Shown one piece after another: positions 27,697-37,139 of a DNA stretch of 64,000 nucleotides (position 1 is the stretch's first letter; each line of letters starts with the position of its first letter). Both the position numbers and the translations under genes were made by a program. Origin of the DNA: a virus; the IMG/VR virus record IMGVR_UViG_3300037512_001384, positions 6,442 to 70,441 of that record; one strand, written 5' to 3'. The notes beneath the pieces were generated by a model. The model saw only the letters and a list, made by a program, of their open reading frames with translations. It ran no database searches and was not told where the DNA came from.

Positions 27697-29073
27697 TTAC
27701 AGGCGCAGTGTACCCGCTCTTGCCGCCTCACAGCGTCTCAGCACCTCCTTACGGTCACGTATGAGTATCCTGGCTCTCATATCCATACCTTCGCCCGTGG
27801 GCTTATCCAGGACACCTATCGCAACCATCGTGAGGAAGTCCTCGATTGCCATACGGCGTGTAAGAAGGAAGGGGAACATACCGAAGTTACGTGGCGTCAA
27901 CTCTGTCCTGCCTTGTGACTCCTGCAGGAAGAGGCATTCGGGTTGTCCCTTGATAGTAACGGTGACACATGGCGCATCCTCCTGTCCCGGGATGTCAAGC
28001 ACGGAACCGGTAAATGTACCTCTGCAGACAAGGTTGAGCAGTATAGCATCCTCGATGTACTCCGTATCTGCATATCCGCATTGTACGCGCACGTCATCAA
28101 TGCCGTCTGAGTAGAGCATATCACCCTTACCCATCAGGTCCTCGGCACCGGTATGGTCGAGGATGACACGCGAATCAATACCCGATGCGACGCGGAACGC
28201 GATACGTACCGGGAAGTTCGCCTTGATGTTTCCTGTCACGATGGTCGCCGACGGACGTTGCGTGGCTATGATCATGTGGATACCGACGGCACGGGCTTTC
28301 TGTGCGATACGGCATATCATACGCTCCATATCCTTCCCGGCTGTCATAATAAGGTCGGCATACTCGTCTATGACCACGATGCAGTAACGCATGTAGTCTT
28401 CACCGTTGAGCTTGTCATTATACTCTTTGATGTTACGTACTCCTTTCTGCGAGAGAAGGGTGTAACGGTACTCCATGAGGTTAATGACACGCTGCAGGAT
28501 AGCGACAGCATCCTCTGTGGTCGTGGCTATGTCATCGGCGAGATACTTGTGCCAGAGAGGAGCGTAGATGTTGAGCTCAACCTGTTTGGGGTCGATGAGC
28601 ACCAACTGCATCTCTTCCGGTGTGCGCTTGCTCATCAGTGAGAGCAGCAGCATGTTCAGGCATACCGACTTACCTTGACCGGTCGCACCGGCAATAAGCA
28701 GGTGCGGCATCTGTGTGAGGTCACGGATGAAGAGTTCTCCCTGTACCGTCTTGCCTATGGCGCATGGAAGTGCCATCCTGCAGGACTCGTAATCGACATG
28801 ATGCAGAACGCTGTCCATGTGTACTATCTGACGTTGGAAGTTGGGAACCTCAATGCCAATCGTACCGCCTGCGAGCGGTCCCATGATGCGTACCGACTCC
28901 GTACCGACCGCCAAGGCAAACTCATCAGCGAGTCTGCGTACACGTGTCATATTCACACCCATATCCGGTCTGAACTCATACAGGGTGACGCTGGGTCCTT
29001 TCGTGACTCTCCAGCTCAGCGGTTCAATCTTATGAACCCTGAGCACCTGTTCTAACTTGTAAGTGTAATCCAT
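27697..29073 (-). CDS. FtsK/SpoIIIE-family DNA translocase (motor + gamma-like domain)
   Basis: Walker A IAGATGQGKS; Walker B IVVIDEYADL; IATQRPSATIVTGNIKANFPVRIAFRV; C-terminal winged-helix-like EDFLTMVAIGVLDKP. Start MDYTYK is preceded by the conserved array upstream element. Confidence 0.8.
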   Translation of the reverse strand: MDYTYKLEQVLRVHKIEPLSWRVTKGPSVTLYEFRPDMGVNMTRVRRLADEFALAVGTESVRIMGPLAGGTIGIEVPNFQRQIVHMDSVLHHVDYESCRMALPCAIGKTVQGELFIRDLTQMPHLLIAGATGQGKSVCLNMLLLSLMSKRTPEEMQLVLIDPKQVELNIYAPLWHKYLADDIATTTEDAVAILQRVINLMEYRYTLLSQKGVRNIKEYNDKLNGEDYMRYCIVVIDEYADLIMTAGKDMERMICRIAQKARAVGIHMIIATQRPSATIVTGNIKANFPVRIAFRVASGIDSRVILDHTGAEDLMGKGDMLYSDGIDDVRVQCGYADTEYIEDAILLNLVCRGTFTGSVLDIPGQEDAPCVTVTIKGQPECLFLQESQGRTELTPRNFGMFPFLLTRRMAIEDFLTMVAIGVLDKPTGEGMDMRARILIRDRKEVLRRCEAARAGTLRL

Positions 29074-29320
29074 AATGATTGTTTGAGTTATTATTGGCGG
29101 AGCAGCTGATGTCACTCAATCAGCTCCAGGACGTGGGATTTGTCCTTTGGAAAAGTGATGCGCACCCATGTCAATGAGTACGCATCTGTTTAACTCTTTA
29201 AATACTACAACTATGCGCCTCACGGCGTTCGTATGTAATAATTAGCACAAAGATAAGGATTCGCCCTTATCCTTGTATGGCGATGTTAATCCTTAACATA
29301 GTTAATGTACGGATTTAACA

Positions 29321-29593
29321 TTAGTAGTGTTGCTGAACGAGGTTGTCGATAGAATCAAGCACCTCATCCACGTCACGTATCACTCCCATCTTACCGAGAT
29401 CTTCCACGATACATTTAAGTCTGACGTAGTTCTTAACCCCCACACGTGTGGCTCCTACGCCGTTTTTTACGAATGACGGGCGTATGGAATGGAAGTGCTT
29501 ACGGAAGAACTGTTCAAGCGACATGAAGCCCACTGTCTTGCTCTTCTGTTCCCTGTTGCTGAAATACTCAGCGGCTAATTTCCTCAGTCTCAT
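29321..29593 (-). CDS. hypothetical protein (array gene)
   Basis: 90-aa ORF with an upstream element variant. Confidence 0.45.
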   Translation of the reverse strand: MRLRKLAAEYFSNREQKSKTVGFMSLEQFFRKHFHSIRPSFVKNGVGATRVGVKNYVRLKCIVEDLGKMGVIRDVDEVLDSIDNLVQQHY

Positions 29594-29844
29594 AGTTACT
29601 TCTCAATTAGTTAAGTTACTACCCTGTTAATTACTGACCGCCTGCACCGTATGAGCCTTGAAGTGGAATAATGCATCTGCAGGTGTCATAGGAATCGGGG
29701 TTGAAAGTATTTCCTCCTTACCCCGGCGGTACACCCTCCATTGGGTGTACTTCTTCTGGGTTGTTTTCTCTTCTTTCATTGCGAATCATTTTAGTTAGAC
29801 ATAATGGCGATTATAGCTGCGTTTCCACAGCTATAACCTTCTTG

Positions 29845-30435
29845 TTACTCGGCGATGTAATCATTCCAGAGAGCTTGTGCCATGATCTCCGCTGCAATCT
29901 CGTCCTCGGGAAGTTGGTTGAACATATCCAATGTGTTGCCATGAAGATCCTCGTCCCCGGCTTCCAAAACATCTCTAATCTCAGAGATGACATCGAGCAT
30001 ATCATCTTTGAGCTGTTGAAAATCCTCAATAGGATTACCGTCGCTGTCATAACAATGGTCGTTCGGATCATTAAGGTTAAGTAGGATGTCGCCCGTTAAG
30101 TTGATAAAGTGATATTCATGATACCCGGGTACGAACGAATACTCTGTCTTGGCGTACTGTTCGCGCAGTGATTTGAGAATGAATATCAGCTCTTCTACCG
30201 GATGCTGAATAACGTATTCGCCTTCTTCTTGGTAGTCTTCAAAGAGCAGGATGATACCGTTATCGATTGGATTTAGGTCCACACCCTGCAGCAATACCTC
30301 GCCGTCATGGTCGTCAATCATGATAGGTGTCTCGAACGTCCACGCAAATCCCATTTTCTTCATCTCCTTGCGGATGTCAGCGATTACCTGCTCTTTGAGC
30401 TCCTTTACTTTTTCGTTGTAGTTTTTTGTTTCCAT
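29845..30435 (-). CDS. hypothetical acidic protein (array gene)
   Basis: 196-aa ORF with the conserved upstream element. Confidence 0.5.
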   Translation of the reverse strand: METKNYNEKVKELKEQVIADIRKEMKKMGFAWTFETPIMIDDHDGEVLLQGVDLNPIDNGIILLFEDYQEEGEYVIQHPVEELIFILKSLREQYAKTEYSFVPGYHEYHFINLTGDILLNLNDPNDHCYDSDGNPIEDFQQLKDDMLDVISEIRDVLEAGDEDLHGNTLDMFNQLPEDEIAAEIMAQALWNDYIAE

Positions 30436-30497
30436 AATTGATGTTTTTTAGGTTAAACGTGGTTCCCTGCAAGCATTTCCGTACTTGCAGGAATAAA

Positions 30498-30977
30498 TCA
30501 CCAATGATTCGCAGTACGTATGTGTTTCATTGTGAATGTAGCGGTCTCTAATGAGCCCTTGAACTTGATGCGGGTAAAGAATGTCACACCCAATTCTCCT
30601 GTGTTGGACAGTTCAGTCTCGACCTTTGTGATTTTGGATGTGTGATTCTTTCCGTCATCAGGGCAATACCATTTGACGGTATCGTTGATGCTGTAGGGAA
30701 TGACAATCAATCCGTTCGGTTTCTCACCCAGATCCACGAAGAAATCAGTCCATCGGTCGTGGCAATTTGCGTTCTTTTCAGGAAGGTATGGCCAGGCGTG
30801 ACTTGCATTCATCTTGTCATTGGTTATAAACCCACAGTCATATTTGCCGGGAGTATAGTTCTCCTTCTGTGAGTAGGCGGGCTCAAAATCACATAGGTAA
30901 ATCCGTCCTTTGCGATAGTAACCCTTGATGTCCTGTTTGCACAAAAACATGTGCCCTTTAATAATCCTCGGTTCCAT
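30498..30977 (-). CDS. hypothetical protein (array gene)
   Basis: 159-aa ORF with the conserved upstream element. Confidence 0.5.
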   Translation of the reverse strand: MEPRIIKGHMFLCKQDIKGYYRKGRIYLCDFEPAYSQKENYTPGKYDCGFITNDKMNASHAWPYLPEKNANCHDRWTDFFVDLGEKPNGLIVIPYSINDTVKWYCPDDGKNHTSKITKVETELSNTGELGVTFFTRIKFKGSLETATFTMKHIRTANHW

Positions 30978-31203
30978 TGTAGTATGATTTAAGAGTTAAA
31001 CAATTGTTGCCGTCACAAAAACTTTCATATCTTTGTGACGTGGAAACTAAAACGGATGTTCAGTCCGTATGTCGGGACTTACCTAAACCCAAGACTTATA
31101 GTCAGGGTGAAGTGCCACACTCTCAGGGAAATTGTAATGCGCATAATTACAATATTTAAAGAGTTAGTTTCCGTCCTCAGCTTAGGGCGCATGAGGGGCC
31201 TAA

Positions 31204-31238
31204 ATGGATGTCTCGCTGGCATCCATTCTTTTTTTATG
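31204..31238 (+). terminator. hairpin + T-run (plus-strand-oriented terminator-like structure inside the minus-strand array)
   Basis: ATGGATG...CATCCAT stem followed by TCTTTTTTT. Confidence 0.35.
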
Positions 31239-31665
31239 ACCTGATTACACGGGCGTAGGAGTGAGTCGGATAGAATATTTCCTCTGCATTCCATGCGCTC
31301 GCCAAATCGTGCAAGTCCTCGAAGCAATCCACGTAATCCGAACCGGCATCGTACATCTCCAATATCTCCTTGTCGGATATTTCATTAAACTCTTTCTCGT
31401 CAAGGATGTCAGCATTGCTATCCAAGATATAGATGCGCTCACGAGATAATGGTTCCTTCATCAGACAACAGAGTAATGCGTCATTGAGCAGATTGGGGAG
31501 TTCTTCCTCGAAATAACCATCCGCGTAATTATCGATTACCTTTCCCTTGAGATTGCAGATGTCAAGGCGGTACGTGTTGTCTTCAGCTTTGACGCTTAGC
31601 TTATAACCGCGTTCTTTTAATTGTTCGTTGGCGAACTTCAGCAGTTTCTTGTTTTCTTTTTCCAT
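31234..31665 (-). CDS. hypothetical protein (array gene)
   Basis: 143-aa ORF with the conserved upstream element. Confidence 0.5.
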   Translation of the reverse strand: MEKENKKLLKFANEQLKERGYKLSVKAEDNTYRLDICNLKGKVIDNYADGYFEEELPNLLNDALLCCLMKEPLSRERIYILDSNADILDEKEFNEISDKEILEMYDAGSDYVDCFEDLHDLASAWNAEEIFYPTHSYARVIRS

Positions 31666-31730
31666 AATAGTGTAGTGTTAGAGTTAAACAATAGCTGATG
31701 CTGTCAGTGTCATCCGGCAGCATCGTAGAT

Positions 31731-32030
31731 TCATATCCAGCTCACGAAGTCAATCTCCGTCTCTTCAGTGATGTTGATAGGCTCTTCGGTGACAATCGTA
31801 CCGCAGAAGTTGACCATGATACCGGCACCTTCCTTCTGAACTGTTACGGGTGTACTCCAGTCCCCGTCATCATTGTGTCTGGTGTGATACATGTGTTTGC
31901 CTTCGGGGATTGAGTTCGGATCAAGGCGCATTCCGTCAAAGAACTGCACTTCCCGGTTCTTATCTTCTCCTACTACATGAATCTCCAGCTTGTCGCAGTA
32001 ATCGAGATGTTCGTTGTAATTGTAAAGCAT
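31731..32030 (-). CDS. hypothetical protein (array gene)
   Basis: 99-aa ORF with the conserved upstream element. Confidence 0.5.
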   Translation of the reverse strand: MLYNYNEHLDYCDKLEIHVVGEDKNREVQFFDGMRLDPNSIPEGKHMYHTRHNDDGDWSTPVTVQKEGAGIMVNFCGTIVTEEPINITEETEIDFVSWI

Positions 32031-32094
32031 AATAATATAATTTTGAGTTAAACATATTTGCTTTGGTGTCGAATATCACTCCGACACCAAACAA

Positions 32095-32706
32095 TCAGAA
32101 CGGAAGAGGAATGTCCTCGATGATTTCATTCATAACCTCTTTCTCGAACTTCTCCAACTCCTCGATGTAGTCATAGTTGCCTTCGTCTTCATCCTTGCCG
32201 CCCAACCTCTTCTCAAATTCAACAGCTTTCTTGATGAAGTAAGCGGCTTTATCTCTGGAATCCAACCAAGGGTAACTTCCGCTTTTCTCAATCTTGGCGA
32301 TGTCTTCAGCGAGGTCTGCTACCAGATGTACGGCATTCTCCATCTCCTTGTAGGTGTATGTACGCACTTCGTCTTCTCCCTTGACCTCTATCTCAGGCAG
32401 ATAATCCATGATAAAATCAATGTGCGAATAGTGTACATCACCGAGTCCAATCTCAATGTCTGACACAGAACCGTCATGCAGATTGACTGACATACGGATG
32501 TTACCTTTGGACTCCACCCATATTTTCATCACATCTACGTCGCCTACATACTCGCAATCGTCAATGCTGGCTGTTATGATGGGGTATTCTATACCGGAAT
32601 CCTTCCATGTAAAACTGCCTCCCAGCTTTTCCAGGCACTTGCGCAATTCCCTTTGTTCCTTTACGGCTATTTCAGCATACGCTTTGTAAAATGATTCATG
32701 TTTCAT
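32095..32706 (-). CDS. hypothetical protein (array gene)
   Basis: 203-aa ORF with the conserved upstream element. Confidence 0.5.
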   Translation of the reverse strand: MKHESFYKAYAEIAVKEQRELRKCLEKLGGSFTWKDSGIEYPIITASIDDCEYVGDVDVMKIWVESKGNIRMSVNLHDGSVSDIEIGLGDVHYSHIDFIMDYLPEIEVKGEDEVRTYTYKEMENAVHLVADLAEDIAKIEKSGSYPWLDSRDKAAYFIKKAVEFEKRLGGKDEDEGNYDYIEELEKFEKEVMNEIIEDIPLPF

Positions 32707-32749
32707 AATTGTAGTTTTAAGAGTTAGTTACATGGTGGAGAGATGCATT

Positions 32750-33250
32750 TTACTGCATCATCTCCTTCGGTATCAGACAGGTTGGGTTATCATTGATGTA
32801 TCTTATGATTCGCTCTATTGTAACCCAGCCGAGGCTTGCCACTCGGTCATGCCAATCATCTGCATCATCCGGATTATCCGTGTATATTATGCCCGGATTG
32901 ACGTAGTGGTAGCACATAAGATGCTCAGAGCCGTCATTTTCTTTCCGTATGTAGATACAACGGATAGAACGGTGGGTAAATTCATCTTCGAGAAGGTCAT
33001 AAACGTTATCGTCAATGTCACTCATGGAGATTTCAGGATTGACGAGACTCTTCATCTTGATAACTTCACATCCGGCTCTCTCATTGAAGGACAATACGTG
33101 AGTTGCCTCTGCTCCGTCCAAATCCAATCCGAACTCCTTGATGTCACCGGGCGTGGGCTTATGTCCTTTCTCGCGAACATACTCCATGAGTTGTTTAACC
33201 ACCTCATCCGCAGCTCTGTTCATTGATGTCATTAAGTCACTTGCTTTCAT
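32750..33250 (-). CDS. hypothetical protein (array gene)
   Basis: Start MKASDLMTS placed at the conserved upstream element (track extends to 33337). Confidence 0.45.
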   Translation of the reverse strand: MKASDLMTSMNRAADEVVKQLMEYVREKGHKPTPGDIKEFGLDLDGAEATHVLSFNERAGCEVIKMKSLVNPEISMSDIDDNVYDLLEDEFTHRSIRCIYIRKENDGSEHLMCYHYVNPGIIYTDNPDDADDWHDRVASLGWVTIERIIRYINDNPTCLIPKEMMQ

Positions 33251-33308
33251 AATCGTATTTATTTGAGTTAAGTTGTATCCTTGCGCCCGGTTAAGAGCGC
33301 ATGGATAG

Positions 33309-33854
33309 TCAGATCTCGTAGAAGGGAATCTGGTCATCGGCTGTCATCCTTCCTGTAAGCAGTTGGAAGAAGACCGTCTCATAACGTCTATGCTCAGGAC
33401 CTTCGGAATTTCTCATACAATCGAAGTATTTCTCCATTGCGGCTCGTCTGGTCATTACCTCTGTGTCGTTGTAGCAGATGACAGTTACCTGCTCTTCGAG
33501 TTTACTTTCAGCTAAACCGCTGAGAGCAGATGCTTTTGGTTCACTGAGTTCCTTGTCAAGCGTAGCCCATACGTCTATGAGAGATTCACCGAGATAGTTT
33601 AGAAGGCTGTCGCCAATCACCCATTCGGTCTCCTTGCCGGATACTTCCGTAGATACCTCGAATCGTAGTTCTCCGTCAGAATCAGCCATAACGGAATGAC
33701 ACAATTCCTTGGCGCATACCTCACCTTCAAGGAAGAAGATTTGTACGGGCTTCTTGAACTTATGGCAAACTCCCATACCCAGGCGGTTGAGCATATCACT
33801 AATCATCTGGCGTTTGGCGGCCTCAATCATCGTTTCATAAACTTGTCTTTGCAT
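33309..33854 (-). CDS. hypothetical protein (array gene)
   Basis: 181-aa ORF with the conserved upstream element. Confidence 0.5.
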   Translation of the reverse strand: MQRQVYETMIEAAKRQMISDMLNRLGMGVCHKFKKPVQIFFLEGEVCAKELCHSVMADSDGELRFEVSTEVSGKETEWVIGDSLLNYLGESLIDVWATLDKELSEPKASALSGLAESKLEEQVTVICYNDTEVMTRRAAMEKYFDCMRNSEGPEHRRYETVFFQLLTGRMTADDQIPFYEI

Positions 33855-33919
33855 AATTGTAGAGTATTTGAGTTAAACAATTGGTATGTGGCAAGGAAGC
33901 TGCTCGTTGCCACACTGAC

Positions 33920-34126
33920 TTACTTGACCTCATAGTAATCGTCGGGATAACGGCTCATATAGTTGCGAATATCCTCCTCTGTCCAATCATCGGTCATACA
34001 TCCTTTACCCTGAACGTTGGTCCTATATTTGGCTATTACCTTGCCTTTCTCATATACCCTGATGGTGTAAGTCCTGTCATGGTGGTTAGCCTTGATTCTG
34101 TAATTTCTGTCTTTTCTGTTGTACAT
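33920..34126 (-). CDS. hypothetical protein (array gene)
   Basis: Start MYNRKDRNYRI placed at the upstream element. Confidence 0.4.
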   Translation of the reverse strand: MYNRKDRNYRIKANHHDRTYTIRVYEKGKVIAKYRTNVQGKGCMTDDWTEEDIRNYMSRYPDDYYEVK

Positions 34127-34187
34127 AGTTTCGGTTTTAGTTGAACATAGTGACCATTCTATTGTTTCCAATAAAATGGTCCGGGTG

Positions 34188-34544
34188 CTAACTTACATAG
34201 TTACCGCAAGGGGTATCTGTTGTAACGTTGGCAAAACTAAGACGATAATCGGCTGGCTTGCCGTCAAAATACGTGTTGATAGTCTCAAGGATTTCTTCCT
34301 CAGAATGGTCATCCTGATATTGGCTGAAATCGCAGTAGCTGTCATCTACATAGTCTTTGTTCTCTGACATGTGGCGTACAAAATCCTCCAATTTCTCGAT
34401 GAAGAAATCGCACTCCATATTGGCCCAGTAATCCTCATTGTGGTAGATGTAACCGAAGATATGGATAAACTTTACTCCATGCTCTTCATAAATCTGGAAG
34501 AAGTCCAATTCTTCCGGTTTGGTTAATTTCTCGAATTTCTGCAT
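34188..34544 (-). CDS. hypothetical protein (array gene)
   Basis: Start MQKFEKL placed at the upstream element. Confidence 0.45.
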   Translation of the reverse strand: MQKFEKLTKPEELDFFQIYEEHGVKFIHIFGYIYHNEDYWANMECDFFIEKLEDFVRHMSENKDYVDDSYCDFSQYQDDHSEEEILETINTYFDGKPADYRLSFANVTTDTPCGNYVS

Positions 34545-34603
34545 AGCTGTACGTTTTGAGTTAATGGCATCTCCTGTCGGTGTCGCCCGGCAGAAGATGA
34601 TAG

Positions 34604-34834
34604 TCACTTGATCCAATAGAAGGATGCACGTTTGCCTACGATAGCCACCGCGTCAGTTACAAGCCCTCTCGCGTTGCTGATGTCATAGACTTGTCCGAGA
34701 CGCGATTCATACCTCTCGCTCTTGTTGGCTATGAATGTCTCCCAGTACATCTTGTCGATGACCAGCAATCCAAGGTCCATCAGATCTTTTGCGCTACCCG
34801 CAAGATGCAGGTCTTTCTTTGTCAGTTTCTCCAT
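34604..34834 (-). CDS. hypothetical protein (array gene)
   Basis: 76-aa ORF with the upstream element. Confidence 0.4.
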   Translation of the reverse strand: MEKLTKKDLHLAGSAKDLMDLGLLVIDKMYWETFIANKSERYESRLGQVYDISNARGLVTDAVAIVGKRASFYWIK

Positions 34835-34885
34835 AATCTTTTGTTTTGAGTTGGTGGACAGGCGAATGTTATTCCGCCTTATCCT

Positions 34886-35083
34886 TCAGGCGACAATCTC
34901 CAGCTCGTGAGGGAACGCCTCTAAGTCTGAATACTCGTCGGAGCACTGCACAAAATCGCCCTTGAGATTGTCAATGGTGAAGATGCGCGACAAGTCACGG
35001 TTCTCAATGTCAGGATCGTAGAATCTTACCTTAGCGCCAACAGACAATTCCTTTCCGTTGATGTCATACATTTTCTCTTCCAT
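34886..35083 (-). CDS. hypothetical protein (array gene)
   Basis: 65-aa ORF with the upstream element. Confidence 0.4.
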   Translation of the reverse strand: MEEKMYDINGKELSVGAKVRFYDPDIENRDLSRIFTIDNLKGDFVQCSDEYSDLEAFPHELEIVA

Positions 35084-35265
35084 AATTTAGAGTTTAAGAG
35101 TTAGTAGCTCCGTAACCGTCCGTCAAGACCGCTACGGAAATAGTTACGGGCGATAGAAGAAGCGGTGGTCCATTGATACCATGATAACTGAACCGTTGCT
35201 CTGCTCGTGCTCAAAAAAATCCTGATGCAGATATTCTTTGTTAATCTGCTTGCCTCGGAGTTCCG

Positions 35266-36039
35266 TCATGCCGCAATTTTTGAGAAGTGAATCTCTTCCA
35301 GCCTGTACGGTGTGCCGAAGTTGCCCCATGAGCTTGTCTTTACCTCGTACATGATGTGATACATGCCGTTCTTGCTCCGTTCATACTTGTAGCCTATTAT
35401 CGTTCCCTCTGTACGTTCATCAGCGTGACGGTAAAGTTTGACGTAGCATTTCTTGCCAATCTCAAAGCCGGATGCAGGGCGCAAATCTTCAGCGACCAGG
35501 CTCCCGTCCCAAGCTCCAAGATCAACCTTTTCCCATCCCTCACGGAACGCTTTCGGCATACGCTCGATGGTGTCGAACTTGATGTCTTCGGTGGAGGTGA
35601 TGAGCTTGTCCTTGCGGAGCTGCACGAGAAGATTGTTATATACATACTGCTGAATCTCTGTCGGAGCTTTGCAAGCCTCCTTATAGACGGCATAATACTG
35701 AGATGCTATCTGTCTGTTCTCGGAGAGATACTTCAGGTTCTGTCCGAAAGTCAGACCACCCAGATAATCATCGTTGACACGTGACGGATGCGAGTAGTTG
35801 CAGCCCCAATTCTGATAGTGGGATTCCCTGCGGTTCTCCGCATCCCATCTCTTCTTGAGTTCAGGGCGAAAGTCATGCCTCTCGCCATACTTGTCCACGT
35901 CATACTTGGGATAGGTGTATTCAAAATCGCCTACTTTCACTCTGACGCATTCGGTCTCGTGATTCCAATCGTCCTTGACGGTGATGTCCTCGCTCGTTCC
36001 TTTGTCGAGATAATCGAGGATGTTTTCTTTCTTTGCCAT
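35266..36039 (-). CDS. hypothetical protein (array gene)
   Basis: Start MAKKENILDY placed at the upstream element; 258 aa. Confidence 0.5.
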   Translation of the reverse strand: MAKKENILDYLDKGTSEDITVKDDWNHETECVRVKVGDFEYTYPKYDVDKYGERHDFRPELKKRWDAENRRESHYQNWGCNYSHPSRVNDDYLGGLTFGQNLKYLSENRQIASQYYAVYKEACKAPTEIQQYVYNNLLVQLRKDKLITSTEDIKFDTIERMPKAFREGWEKVDLGAWDGSLVAEDLRPASGFEIGKKCYVKLYRHADERTEGTIIGYKYERSKNGMYHIMYEVKTSSWGNFGTPYRLEEIHFSKIAA

Positions 36040-36103
36040 AGTTGTAGTCTTAAGTTGGTTAAACAATATGGCTCCAAGGGAAGATTCTACTCTTCCCTCA
36101 GAT

Positions 36104-36349
36104 TCAGAGCGCCCAGAAGATTTCCTCTTCGTCATCAAAATCCTCCGGGGCCCAATCGGAATCGTATCCCTTTTCGTCTGCAAAATCCGATATAAGTTCG
36201 ATAATAGCATCAATGATTTTACTTCCGTCATGGGTCATACGTAGAGGGCAGCGTTTGTGATCAACATCCACTAAAGCACGCCCTTCTTCCTCTTCTGTCC
36301 ACGTCTTATTGTCGCGGATGTACTGCAACAATTCATCTTTCAGCTCCAT
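36104..36349 (-). CDS. hypothetical acidic protein (array gene)
   Basis: 81-aa ORF. Confidence 0.4.
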   Translation of the reverse strand: MELKDELLQYIRDNKTWTEEEEGRALVDVDHKRCPLRMTHDGSKIIDAIIELISDFADEKGYDSDWAPEDFDDEEEIFWAL

Positions 36350-36361
36350 ATCCGTAAAAGT

Positions 36362-36538
36362 TTAGATGATTCCATTCTCGCGAAATTCGCGTGTCAGTCC
36401 GAATCGTCTGGCCAGCTTTGCGAAGAAGTTGCCGAAATAAGCCAACTCCGAATAGGAGTAGTTGTGGTTTGCAAAATCATACTGCCAGTCGATAGCTTTC
36501 TCTCTGGCGGCAGCTTTTCTTTTCTGATAATCTGTCAT
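36362..36538 (-). CDS. hypothetical small protein (array gene)
   Basis: Start MTDYQKRKAAAREK placed at the upstream element. Confidence 0.3.
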   Translation of the reverse strand: MTDYQKRKAAAREKAIDWQYDFANHNYSYSELAYFGNFFAKLARRFGLTREFRENGII

Positions 36539-36597
36539 AGTCGTGTAGTTTTGGTTAATGGCGCACCATACCGATGTCATCCGATATGATGCATGAC

Positions 36598-36729
36598 TCA
36601 CCGCGTGGGCTGCTTGTGACGTTTCATATCTTCCGCGTGCCAGCATATCTGACATACACCGCCATAGCGGATATACTGCAAATCGGATATCTCCTTTCCG
36701 CAGTTCAGGCATTTGCAAGGTTTACTCAT
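36598..36729 (-). CDS. small zinc-ribbon protein (43 aa)
   Basis: MSKPCKCLNCGKEISDLQYIRYGGVCQICWH with two CxxC pairs; not in the ORF track. Confidence 0.3.
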   Translation of the reverse strand: MSKPCKCLNCGKEISDLQYIRYGGVCQICWHAEDMKRHKQPTR

Positions 36730-37073
36730 GGCTGTGGCTTGCAGTAGATACACTTCACTTCATAATGCTGGCGTGTGAAGAGTTTGAGCAGTGCGTCCGA
36801 ACCCTTGTATGCCATATTCAGCTTAATCTCGTTGATTGTATCTTTCCCGAAGAAATCACTCCCCGAACGCAGGATATTGTTCACGTGATCCTTGTCGGCA
36901 AGGAAGGAATAGAGAGTGCATCGCCACGAACCATCCTCGTTCTGTACTCTATGTACAAAAGCGGCCAGCGCGTTACACTCGTAGATTCCGATAGTGAAAT
37001 CCACATACTTGTCACCCTGTTTCTGCGTGAGCTTGACCTCACCCATCTGATGATTGTACTTTACTTCTAACAT
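36726..37073 (-). CDS. hypothetical protein (array gene)
   Basis: Start MLEVKYNHQMG placed at the upstream element. Confidence 0.45.
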   Translation of the reverse strand: MLEVKYNHQMGEVKLTQKQGDKYVDFTIGIYECNALAAFVHRVQNEDGSWRCTLYSFLADKDHVNNILRSGSDFFGKDTINEIKLNMAYKGSDALLKLFTRQHYEVKCIYCKPQP

Positions 37074-37139
37074 AGTCGTAATATTTTGGTTAAACAATTT
37101 GCGCCCAGAGCGGATGTCATTCCGCTCCAGACTGAAAGG

